From Lingula anatina (Eukaryota > Animalia > Brachiopoda): 64,000 bases of DNA. Position 1 is the first letter of the stretch, and each line of letters begins with the position of its first letter. The stretch spans positions 61,606,788 through 61,670,787 of the forward strand of contig CM120640.1 in NCBI GenBank assembly GCA_051362555.1, in the 5' to 3' direction. The notes below the pieces were generated by a model. That model did not search any database. It was given only the letters and a program-made list of their open reading frames with translations, and was not told the DNA's origin. Below are positions 1 to 10,917 of the stretch, piece by piece. The translations under genes were made by a program, and so were the position numbers.

Positions 1-206
1 GTGAAATGAACTTTTTCTCACTTTTATCTTAAACACAAGAAAAAGAAACTGTCATTTTTTTTTTCAAACTTTCAAGAATGATTTTGGGATTAAACTACAA
101 TTTCAATAGACATGTCAATGCAAAACATAAAACAATAACTTTCTTCAATTTTTTCATAGAAGGGATTTTTATGTGGCTCCAAGATGCGTCGTCTCTTTCA
201 TGACAT

Positions 207-1049
207 CACTGAGAATAAAATTTGAGTCATTTGACTCTCCAGTCAGAGTCCAGCACCCCTTGACCCTCATGGAGTTAATTTGAGTCCTATATAAGGGTCA
301 AATTGCCCCACTACCAGAGCTTTAGACTCTCTTATCAGAGTCAACTACCCTCTGGCTCTCATGGAGTCAAGCCTCGTTTCATTACTTGTGATGGCAGTGA
401 GCAGACGGCCTGGAGAGAACAGTTTTCATCATCCTTGGTCATTATAAACATTACTTCATTGGCCATAGTGGTTTTATGCATGAACAAGTGGTTTTCTGTG
501 TGTTTCTGCATGCAGAACTCGTGCACTTATTACCAGCCCGGGCTTTCAGTTGCCACGCCCTTTATGTAATATGTTGGTATACAGGCCAGCAGGTTTTGTT
601 TCCAGGTTGTAGGTTTGACCCACCAATGCATGTCACTGGTTAGGTATGCTCACTCATTGGTATATTTGTGGTATATATATGTGTGTGTGTGTTATGCTGT
701 TTATTACCAGATTTACAAGTTGTTTGTTATTGCTGCTTCAACACCATATGTGACCGGACGGCCTAGTGGTTAGAGTATTTGACTCCTGAGCGGAAGGACG
801 TGGATTCGAGCCCACCCGGAGAAATAGCAGTCCTATCTCTCCCCCCCCCCCCCCCCCCTTGGCTTTGTTCTTGTTGTTTTTATTCATAATCAAGGGGATG
901 AAGGGATGTGTGAATGGAGTGACCCTCCTGTGGGGTTTGGGGTGGTGTTGCTCCATCGGAGTCAACTTGACTTCATTTGGGAGTTATTTTAGGCACCACT
1001 GCTGGACTCCAAAGTAGGAGTCACTTTGACTACAATTTTATTCTCATCG
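207..1049. mobile_element. Non-autonomous CACTA/EnSpm-like DNA transposon (degenerate)
   Basis: Left end CACTGAGAATAAAATT (207) and right end AATTTTATTCTCATCG (1034-1049) are inverted repeats. Subterminal GAGTCA/TGACTC motifs recur at both ends. Both sides are flanked by AT (205-206, 1050-1051), consistent with a 2-bp TSD. Confidence 0.6.
752..822 (+). mobile_element. tRNA-derived SINE head / tRNA pseudogene
   Basis: A-box-like GGCCTAGTGGTTAGAG and B-box-like GGATTCGAGCCC at tRNA spacing. The anticodon arm does not pair properly. A C-run follows at 841-858. Confidence 0.6.
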
Positions 1050-1426
1050 ATGCCTCTTCTTTTAGTTAAAAATGGCATAGTGCAGTATTTTGACCAAATT
1101 ATAATTTTTTTTTGTGGTTTTTCAATAATGAAAAATATTAAGATTTGCTTACAATTAAACCATTGTGCATATAGTTTTTACAAACAAAATCATCATTAAA
1201 AAGACAAACTAACTAACATTGACATTCAACAATTTATTCAAAATTTTAATTGCCAGATGTTAATTTAATGACACTTAGACTAGATATCAACATTTTCACC
1301 CGTGGTTCATTTCAGATCAAAATACAATTAAAGCATGTTGTCTTATACAGTACAACACAACTACGGTCTACTACAGATAACTAAAAGGTCACACTTTTAT
1401 CATACGTGTCTTAAGCATAATATGTA

Positions 1427-1965
1427 CGAGGGTTGATTGATAAGTAGTGAGCCTCATATAGAAGGGGTACACATTTTAAAAGTATATTTCTTTATTTTTC
1501 AACATAGTCTCCTTGAGTATCTATACACTTTTGTCAGCAAGTTTTTGAGAGTCTCTATGCCACTTTTATAGAAGCCCTTCTCTTGGCAGTTCAGAAACCC
1601 CTCCACTTCACGTATGACGTCATCATCTGACACAAAGTGAGTGCCTGAAATGGCCTTTTTCAATTTGGGAAATAGCTAATAGTCAGAGGGAGCAAGATCA
1701 GGCGAATAAGGTGAGTGTTCTATCAGTTCAAAGCCACACTTGTTGATTGCAGCCACGGCAATGACAGACTTGTGAGCAGGAGCATTGTCCTGGAGGAACA
1801 GTACACCTTTCCTGAATTTTCCGCTGCCTCGTCGACATAAACTAACCAAATGACACCAAACTTCGGCTACACACCTTTAAATAGTCAGGGAATAGAAAGG
1901 CTGAAAAGGGATATCCCTGCTTAACCCCTTCCACACGAGGCTCACTACTTATCAATCAACCCTCG
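1427..1965 (-). mobile_element. Internally deleted mariner (DD34D) element with transposase C-terminal remnant
   Basis: Perfect 29-bp TIRs CGAGGGTTGATTGATAAGTAGTGAGCCTC, TA TSD (1425-26, 1966-67). Minus-strand translation of ~1810-1545 gives KGVLFLQDNAPAHKS...FELIEHSPYSPDLAPSDY*LFPKLKK, containing the mariner DNA and YSPDL motifs with an in-frame stop. Confidence 0.95.
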
Positions 1966-4900
1966 TATATGGATAATGGTATACTGCAATATTTCACAAA
2001 CAACTTTAAGTCATGGAAGCGGGTTTTACATAAAATGTAATAACCTGACAAAAGAACGGGCTAGCGCTATTTCACTTGTGTGTGCATGGCACTTACCATA
2101 AAACACAATATATTTATCCTACATGAATAAACCACTGCAAAAATTCATGTGCCATTAAAACAGCTGAATAATAATAAAAAAATAAAACAAAAAATAAAAA
2201 ATTCACACTTCAACCCCATACTGGCTTAATTTTGAGCACCTCCTGTTCTTTTACCCCATTCTGACTTAATTTTGAGCACCTCCTTTTCTTTCCAATCTTT
2301 TAAATCAGACAGAAACTAACCAGAAAAAGAGCCACTGATACAGTACATCAGCAGCTAACTGCTTTTGTCCCCAGTTTCAGAGTATCAAGGGCAACTCTTT
2401 TCTAAACAGTATTTGCTTTCTTTTCAGTAATCTGGCATATGGTAAACATACAATTAGTATGGAGAATAATACTGAATAAAACTGGGTTGTACTGCCATAT
2501 TTTAGTGCTTTAACATTCTGAAAAACTGACAGCAATTGCAACTGATACGGCAAACAGCAAAGAAAACATTCAACAAAGGAAGACAAGCCAGCTAAAGCTG
2601 GGAAATGACAACCTTTCTTAGTTAAAATAAGAAAAAAAAGTGCTAGTTTGAATTATTGCACATGTAGTCATGGTATGATATGGCGCATTAAGCCATGGTA
2701 TGATACCAAAAAGTTTGAGGGAAGATAGACATCTATCTTTAAGCTTTGATAAAGAGTTGTACTATAAAAACAAGACCAAAATTACAGAAAAATATTAACG
2801 TCAAAATGTTAGGAAAATAGAATCTTGAGTAGTCTTAAATTTTACCTGCATTTTAGGCCTACATAAAACCCTTGCAGATACTGACTCAAATTCACCATTT
2901 CAATAAACAAATTAAAAATAACCAGATCATCCAGCTTTAAACCTGACCTTCACTTAGGTATCCCAGATAATTCAAGAAGCTCTCTCTCATATCTATAGTT
3001 AATATGTATGACGGGTGTCAAGTAGGCAAATACAATCAAACTTAAGACAATGGGATGCCAGTATGTTCAGACAATACTGTGAATGTAAATAAAAACAAAA
3101 TATGGTCTTTATACAATGGCATAGCCACAGCATCAGTCAACTTTCTGCAGAACTTTTAAAAATCACTATGATAAGAATCTTTTAATGTTTACACAACAGT
3201 TAATTATGTATAACACATATCTCAGATATGATCCATGTAAAACAATAGAATGATACTATTCCACAAATAACCTTATAAAACTAATTGCTATATGCAACAG
3301 AAATGAAATACTCAATTACTTCAACTTTTACAAAATACACCACTGTTCCCCTCCCCCCCAAACAGATAATTTTTAAATAAAAAAATCCTTCTCTGATTAA
3401 ATAAACTGTTCACCCTTATAAATATATCCTGTAAGTTATATAATACAAGGTTGATAAAGTGGTTATGTGGGTCAATTAGACAATGATATTCAATATCAAT
3501 ACAAAAGAATTAATTTTCTTTGAAAGACATAACTAAAAAAAAAAAAGAAATTCACTTGTCATTTAAAAAGAAAAAAATGCCACTCTTGGAACATGACCCC
3601 AAAATCATTTGGTTTTACCTATTGATCTTAAAAGTCCATCAAATAGATAAGCCAAGAATATCTACCTTGTTCATTCTGAATACAGTGTAATCAATATTAA
3701 AGTGAGGCTGGGTGGTACAGGGAACCTTTGAAGCCCTAGTGACAATGTACACAGTGTATAAACAGATAATCTTATCGAGATAAGACATTTGGTTCTCACA
3801 AAAGTTAAAGGGAGTAAGATGTAAGCCACATCTTCAATGGCATTTCTTACTTGAATCATATTTATGGTTGCCAGTTTGAAATTGCACTGATGTAGTAAGT
3901 GCTAAGTTATGCTGTTTCAACTTGACTGGAATTGTGGTCTGAGTTTATCCTACCCGATTTATTCAGGCCACAACACATGGCCTAAACTACAGATTTTTCT
4001 ATTTCATTTATCTTTTTGTTTCCAAAGATGTCATTAATGAGAGCAAAGTTTTTTTTAAAAATAAAACAACTTATTGATGAACTTTGTGGTCCCAGTAACA
4101 TCCAAGGTGCACATATTATATAAAGTGATTCCATGATACATAATTGGTCTAGCCTCTTAACTTCCATGCATTATTTATACTTTTTTAATACAAGCATTTA
4201 ACATTTTATGAATTCTGGTATTATTATCATTTTATTTCTTGTAGACTACAGACTGATTACGTTTATTTTTCATCATCTAATTTTTATAGTAATAAACCTG
4301 AGAATTTTTATGATCACACAAGACTGTTTTCACTGTACTTGATATAAATGATTATCACATCTACATATATTCTATGTACTTTAGGTCAATTCCTTTGGCT
4401 TTGTATCTTCATAAAATGACAGATCAAAAGAAAACTAAAAGGCTAGGAAACCCTAAAAGAAAACTATAATTCATTTCAAAAATTTAAAATAAATAATAAA
4501 AAATCATTTAATTAAAAGAAAATAATTATGTACTCTTCTTACCATCATAATGCAACCCACAGTCAATCTGGAATAAAAATACATTTTTGGGTTTGTTTAC
4601 TTCTAAAAGCTCCCAGGTGTAGAACTAAACCTACACAGCATGGGGTAATTTGGTGCTAAAAGCATGAGAATTTGAAGTGTTCTGCTCTTCACTTAAGGAT
4701 AGCGTGCAGACTTTAAACACATACACATGTGCCACATTGAAACACTGCCAAATGGCATAGCATGAAAGTTCAGAGGAAAACCATAAAAACTGATAAATCT
4801 ATACTTAGATTCAAGCAGGATATATCGAATTCTAAAACACCAGGACTTCTGCAGGGGAAATAGTATCTTACCCAATGAAAAAAGTGGGTTCCATGTACAA

Positions 4901-6338
4901 CTAGCTTTGTAAAATGGTTAATCATCTTCCAATTCCGTAAAAAAAATAGTCATGACATCAAAATGAAGATGGTAGAGCACTTATATATTGTTTTGGGTGC
5001 TGCTATTGACAACTGTAATTTACTTCTTAATATGATGAAAAAGATTTGGGATGTAACAAGAAACATGGCAAATACATACTCAAGTGGAATACGCCACTAC
5101 TGAAAATTTTTTCTGGTCTCTGAAGAGGCTGTTTAAATCCTTACATAGAACTGTAAGAAAAAAAAAATACGAAAAAATCATTATCCTTAAACTACTAATC
5201 CAAGCCGAAGGGTCTTCATCCACATTTAATTCTTTTGAAGGGAATTCAAGTGGTCCTAAAGCATTACCTGGTATCCATAATTACAAGCTTATAATCATTG
5301 ATCACACTAATTTCCTTGACTCTTTCACTTCACAGATCAAAGAAAGGTTATCAAAAAGAATCTGAGAGCCCAAGCTAAAATTTCTTTCTCAGTGGAGATT
5401 TTTTTTAAAATCAGAACAGTCCTCAGCCCTTATGGAAAAATGCCTACATAAACATTTTCCAACAGCATTGGTGTGTGTGTGTGCACGCACGTATACACAC
5501 ACGGTATTCAAAGAGCTCATGTATGCGGATCATTTATACCCAATTAAAAAATAAACTCTATTAAATATACTGGCTACTTCAGAGCCAATGTTTAAAAGCT
5601 AACTTTTGATACTGTGCACATAGCTAGATTCTTCTGATACATAAATAACAAATAATGATCTGATTGACAGTTGGAAAATGTTCATCCTAATCCATTTTCT
5701 CACTATCGCATTTTAGTCTTTCTTACAAGTCTTTCTCAAGATTAGTACAGCATCAACAATTAACAAATCTAACAATGAACTAACAATAAATAAATAAAGC
5801 ATTCAGAAACATCCTTCATTACATTTCACAGATCTACTTTAGATTTTTTCCCATTACATAAAGAGAATAAAGTATCTTTGGCAACAATGACATTAAAGTA
5901 CATCTACATGGTTGCAATGTCTAAAGCTTTGCCTTAAACCTTGCTTCATAAAACCAACACACAACGCTACAAAACTTCATGTTCACTACCCTGCCAATAT
6001 CCCATAATGATCTAAGAACAATAAATAAAGAGTGATTCCCATGAAGGATTCTGGAATAATCAAAGGGGCTGGAATAAGTGAACTCTCACCAGCTTTCAGC
6101 ACTGTAATGTATATTACCACCTGTAGATAGGATGTTCTGAGATAATAATTAACCTGCATTGATGCACTTTGGCTATTGTATTGCATGTTGTCCTGTTAGA
6201 GATACATATATGCGTAAATAACATGACATTTAAGTTAAATGACTACTGACACTTAATACACTTTGAATAACAAGAACTACCTACTCTTTTACACTAAACT
6301 GTTATTTTTGAGAATACATGGGACAGGATGAGGTTTAA

Positions 6339-6562
6339 GACTCCGTTCACATGAAAAATCTATTTTCTAAAAATCTATTTTCTATTTGCGGTATCTTGTG
6401 ATCATCCCGAGCTCAGCCGAGAATTAATTACAGCTTTGGAAGTAACTGGCTCGCGCTGCCAGTAATTACGCTGCGGGGTATTCAGGGCACAGACCGTGAT
6501 CACAAGATACCGCGAATAGAAAATAGATTTTTATAAAATAGATTTTCCATGTGAACGAAGCC
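6339..6562. mobile_element. PIF/Harbinger-like (Tourist-type) MITE with long TIRs
   Basis: GACTCCGTTCACATG...TGTGATCA arm (~65 bp) is inverted at TGATCACAAG...CATGTGAACGAAGCC. TAA on both sides (6336-38, 6563-65). Confidence 0.85.
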
Positions 6563-6719
6563 TAAGGGCAAGGGGAAAATATCATATCAGTGCCTATTTT
6601 TTTATGTAAAAAAAATCTTGAATTCCTCTTCATTCTCTTTTCTAACTGATAGTTATGTCGCTTCTAAAATATGTCACTGATCACATGCTGCTTTTCATTA
6701 TTCAAGATTTCATCAATAT

Positions 6720-7622
6720 TCAAAGATCATCATCTGCAATTCTAGTTGGGACTGACTGGAATTCAATGTCACTGTCTGAGGCATCCATCCTCACCATGGT
6801 TTGTCCATTAGAGTCTGTATCTAGAAGTCTTTGCATGGCCATATCATCCCTTCGACAGTTGCTTCCTCGATATCGCAAGCAGCAGTTTACTACCCCTCCT
6901 ATGCAGAGCATGATCACGAACAGGCAGCCTAAATGCCACGTGAAAAACAAGGTTACCAGCATCACTTCATGAGGACTGTCCTCTTTCCATGGCAAAGCTC
7001 CGGGAAGAGGGTTGTACAAGATGAAGCCTGCCTGTACAAACCAGGTTCCTTGAGCCAAAAATAGAAATGAACGAATAAATGCTGCCAACATGTGTCTGTC
7101 AAAGTACATCTCTGCCAGAACTGCTGCAATTGTAAAGTATAAAGTGTAGATAAGCAAGGTGTGAACGTGAATGTCCAGCATTGTTCTTCCATGTAAGTGG
7201 AACATAAACAAGATGCACTCCACAACCAGGGCCAGTACAACAGACAGATAGTCACATTTCTTTGGGATAGGGGCTTTGTAAAAATGCATCAGATCCACTA
7301 CACCAGTCAGACCAAACATGAAGAACATTGTAATATGCTGTGCATTGCCCATGTGAACAAAATGCCAGTTGTCATCAAACCCTGTGATGGTCTCCCCTAC
7401 GATCCCAAATCCTGTTAGAAACACTTTCAACAATCCTTCCCAACAGGTGGAGCTGCAACACTTCAATCTGAAGCAGTTACATGGATATGTCACGCGGCAC
7501 CGGAATGGCTGGTTCTTCTTGCCTTGTGCACGGAAAAAATTGATCCATATTTGGATGGTCCACCACAAGCCAAAACCAAAGAAGAAAGAACCTGGTATAA
7601 AATGTCCCATAAATGTGCCCAT
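6720..7622 (-). CDS. TMEM45B: Transmembrane protein 45 (TMEM45B-like, DUF716 family), 300 aa, single coding exon
   Basis: MGTFMGHFIPGSFF start, NAQHITMF, LFMFHLHGR, DIHVHTLL, QGTWFVQAGFILY and FTWH family motifs, and about 7 hydrophobic segments. The ORF-track start at 7631 is TTG; the first ATG is 7622. A splice acceptor (TTTTTCAG on minus) at 7681-7683 implies an upstream non-coding exon. Confidence 0.92.
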   Translation of the reverse strand: MGTFMGHFIPGSFFFGFGLWWTIQIWINFFRAQGKKNQPFRCRVTYPCNCFRLKCCSSTCWEGLLKVFLTGFGIVGETITGFDDNWHFVHMGNAQHITMFFMFGLTGVVDLMHFYKAPIPKKCDYLSVVLALVVECILFMFHLHGRTMLDIHVHTLLIYTLYFTIAAVLAEMYFDRHMLAAFIRSFLFLAQGTWFVQAGFILYNPLPGALPWKEDSPHEVMLVTLFFTWHLGCLFVIMLCIGGVVNCCLRYRGSNCRRDDMAMQRLLDTDSNGQTMVRMDASDSDIEFQSVPTRIADDDL

Positions 7623-9128
7623 TTTCACCAATGGATTTTTTCAAAGTCCCATATAAATCAATCCTCTGGCAGATTCCAACCTGAAAAATGAAGAAAATTC
7701 TAAATTAAATGAACAATTAATGAGCATAAGTAAAAGATTGCCCAGTTTTGGGCATAAACACAGGCTTTCCATCAAGAAAACTATAGTAATTACTTAGTCC
7801 ACACCCCAAATTTATTATTTCTAGTTGTTAACAAACACCTTCTAGTACAGCTGCCAAGAACTCTACTTACTAATCAAACCATTTCAATCATCTCTTTCTG
7901 ATATTACTTAGAAAGATTTTTTTTGAAAATAAGCAACACAATATTGTTCAAACTTAGGGAAATTGTTGTAGTGAGAAAGTATTTCAAGACATTCTGATTT
8001 CATTTGAGCAGTTGGCTTAAATTGTATAGATTAATTTGAAACCTTTGCTTCACTGAAGAAAAAACCTTTATCTGTGTTTTGGTTCATGTCTGTGCTTCAA
8101 ACACATTCATGCTAGTTGGACAATCAGATCAAGATTTATCTAATGTACATTTCTACAAATTAAAGAAAGCTGCCTACACAAGTGTGTTTCCAGGAATCAC
8201 AGAGAACACACACAGAGCCAGTGGATGTACGCTATAATAAAACACCTAGTAAAACATTATCAAGGTTCTTCATAAAACTAGCTGTGGCTTGTTGGCTAGC
8301 CCACTAGCTGTGGCTTATTAAGAATCTGCAGAAGAGGCAACCTGAGGTCCATATCAATGACCTAAACAGGTTTTAATGAAACATTGAACCTTTCAAACCA
8401 TCTTGTTAACCATTTAACCTCTTTTCTTGTGTGAAGTGTATCAAGGCATATTCTTCAAAAAAAAAATTTTGAGGGTAAAACTGTAATTTTGTACAGTTAT
8501 CTATTACCCCTACTGACCAAGTACACAGATACAAAGATATGCAATAAGAGGATTAATAGTTCTTCAAACCATTTGTTCTTCATTTTTTACATTTTTTTTT
8601 TTTTGAAATGATATCTTTTACCACTAATTTCTTTAATGATTTTCTGTTCTTTATAAATGTATACAAAATATTGGTAGAGTGTGGAAGTTAGAACTGACTG
8701 TTGCTTAATGCATACTACAGTAGGCTTACAATGCTCGAAATAAGACATTACAGGTCAGAATGTCAGTTGAAACAAAACTGACAGGCTAACCTGTTATCTG
8801 CAGTGGTCAAACAGGCCTATTTTTGATCTTCCTTTGAAAAGAATGAATTTGTACTTCTTTAATTCCTAAATTTGGAGAAAGTGTTTATACAACATTGTAA
8901 CCTTAAAAGTCAGCTTGATAAGGCAGTATATGAATATGCAAATGTCTTTTAGAAAGAATCAATAGGATTTTATCTGGAAATTTTAAATGTCAGAAAAACA
9001 CTAATGCATTCAGGAAGTAAATGAAGCCATATTTCAATATTTCGACCACTGCTTTATATACCATATACCTCTCGAAACCCGTTTTAATACACAAAATCAC
9101 ACTGTAAAAAATATTTTTAAATACTTAA

Positions 9129-9465
9129 AGGGATAATAACTCTTCGTATGAGATCTTTATTTCACAATAAAAACATTGTGAATAACTCACGGAAGAATAA
9201 TATATACTGTTTTACCACAAAAACAGCAGTTATAGCTATTATTCTGATATCTGAGCTTGTCTTTAGACCACGTGACCTCCATTGATGGCTATACTCTGCT
9301 ATAATCTCTTAAGAGATTTTAACAAAAAACCAAACTATTGAGAAAAAAACCAGGGACTAACTTTGAATATAAAAATGGATTCATTAACCATTGGTAAGTA
9401 TGGGAAAATTGTTGTTTACTCCAGGAAAATTCATTTTTTGGCCGAAACGAAGAGTTATTATCCCT
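9129..9465. mobile_element. Kolobok-like MITE, copy 1
   Basis: TTAA|AGGGATAATAACTCTTCGT ... ACGAAGAGTTATTATCCCT|TTAA; near-identical copy at 37305-37646. Confidence 0.88.
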
Positions 9466-9823
9466 TTAAAAGTAAGTTCTGTTAAACTACAGTTATCAGG
9501 TGCCATTTTTCCTAACTACTTGTAAATTTTCAAATATATAAGGTAAACTATAGGCATCTGTTACTGTCTCACAGTAATAATTTTTGTGTCTTTATGTACA
9601 TACCCTGCAAAGCTACTAATCCAGACCGTAAAAACTGCACCCCCCACCCCCTCCCCACACATAAAAGTACTTGATGTCATGCTGTAATGTACAGGAAGTC
9701 ATAGCATTCTAATTCTCTGGGCAGTCCCAGAGGTGGGGAAAACCTTCGAGAGTCAGAAGGTCCAGAAAACCTGCACAACAAAAAATCTGCAGGTCATCCC
9801 AATTCTGTGCAGGTCCAAACTAA

Positions 9824-10048
9824 GGGTGCATTCCCAGAGATTTAGATCGATCCAGAGATTTAGATTTAGATCGACCTAACTACCTGGGGGTTCATGCTTA
9901 ATTGCAGTCAGCCGAGCCCGCACCATAGTTAATTACCCCCTTACAGCTTTTAGTAGCTGGGACAGACGCTTAAGCCGGCTAAGCTGACAGTAATCTGGTG
10001 AGACTCCCCATAGGGATAGATCGATCTAAAATCTATGGGAATGGGGTC
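9824..10048. mobile_element. Harbinger-like palindromic MITE
   Basis: TAA-flanked, with imperfect TIRs (CATTCCCAGAGATTTAGATCGATC / GATCGATCTAAAATCTATGGGAATG). Related sequences at 14251-14364 and 51514-51770. Confidence 0.7.
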
Positions 10049-10917
10049 TAAGTATTTAACTTCTGTTACTTTATGTTTACATGTCAGATCTACCCAACTA
10101 ACAGACATGTCATATAAGGATCCAGAATTCATGGTAGATATGATCAGGCTAGTCCAGAGGATCTGCGATAAAAAAAAAAAACTTACAGGTCCTCTGGCAT
10201 TTCAAGTGGTCATGATCAGCAAGACAGGCAGTACCCCATGTCTGAGGTCATTTAGAACTAAATCATTTAATCAAAAATGCCATAAAATATCAAATTCAAA
10301 TGCAGGGCAGATTGAGCAATGATTCCTTGAGTAGGAGAAAATTGCTGTTTTCCAGGGGAAAATTCACTTTGCCAGGTAAAACCTGTATAGAGTACCTGTA
10401 AACAGGTGATGATTAAAAAAAACAAAAAAAAACAATACACCGGGTGACCAGTACTGACAGATGTTCACATTGGTGAGATGTAGCCTGACAAGCTATGTAC
10501 TACACATTCTACATAATCCAGGGAAAACATTTCTGCAATGTTTTAATAGTGGTTTCACTTTACAGCCATCATGTTATAACCTACAAATAAATAACATGCA
10601 TTGTAGAGGAAATTATACCAAAGACTAGAACTGCTTCCTACCTTTAATTTCAACTCATCAACATACTTCTCGTGAGCACGTTCTTTTTATAAACCTGAAG
10701 GTCACACAAATATATCCCTTACTCATTCAGTAAGGCATCATGCTGTGCTACCCTGGTAAAAGAGATCCTGTAATTTACATACCTCCACAGAGTAAACACC
10801 TGTAAACTAAATGATGGGCAACTTAGGAATTACCAACTGTAATAAATGCTGTACACTGTAGTAATTCTTGTTTCCAATTCACATTTTTCTACTTTAAAAT
10901 CTGACAAGCCGTGTTGA

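Noticed and set aside
752-822. Functional tRNA gene
   Set aside because: The anticodon stem and acceptor end do not pair and there is no proper terminator; treated as SINE-like.
2214-2292. Short ~39-bp direct repeat (also a 22-bp repeat at ~47250-47330)
   Set aside because: Local slippage duplications with no further structure.
4693-5365. Possible LINE reverse-transcriptase remnant (minus-strand PGNALGPLEFP and KYRFISF)
   Set aside because: Similarity is weak and the motif spacing does not fit; needs a tBLASTn/HMM search.
7623-7631. ORF-track N-terminus MVK for TMEM45
   Set aside because: The codon at 7631 is TTG; the family-typical start is the ATG at 7622.
6655-7656. Plus-strand and alternate-frame ORFs overlapping TMEM45
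   Set aside because: Shadow ORFs of a real CDS.
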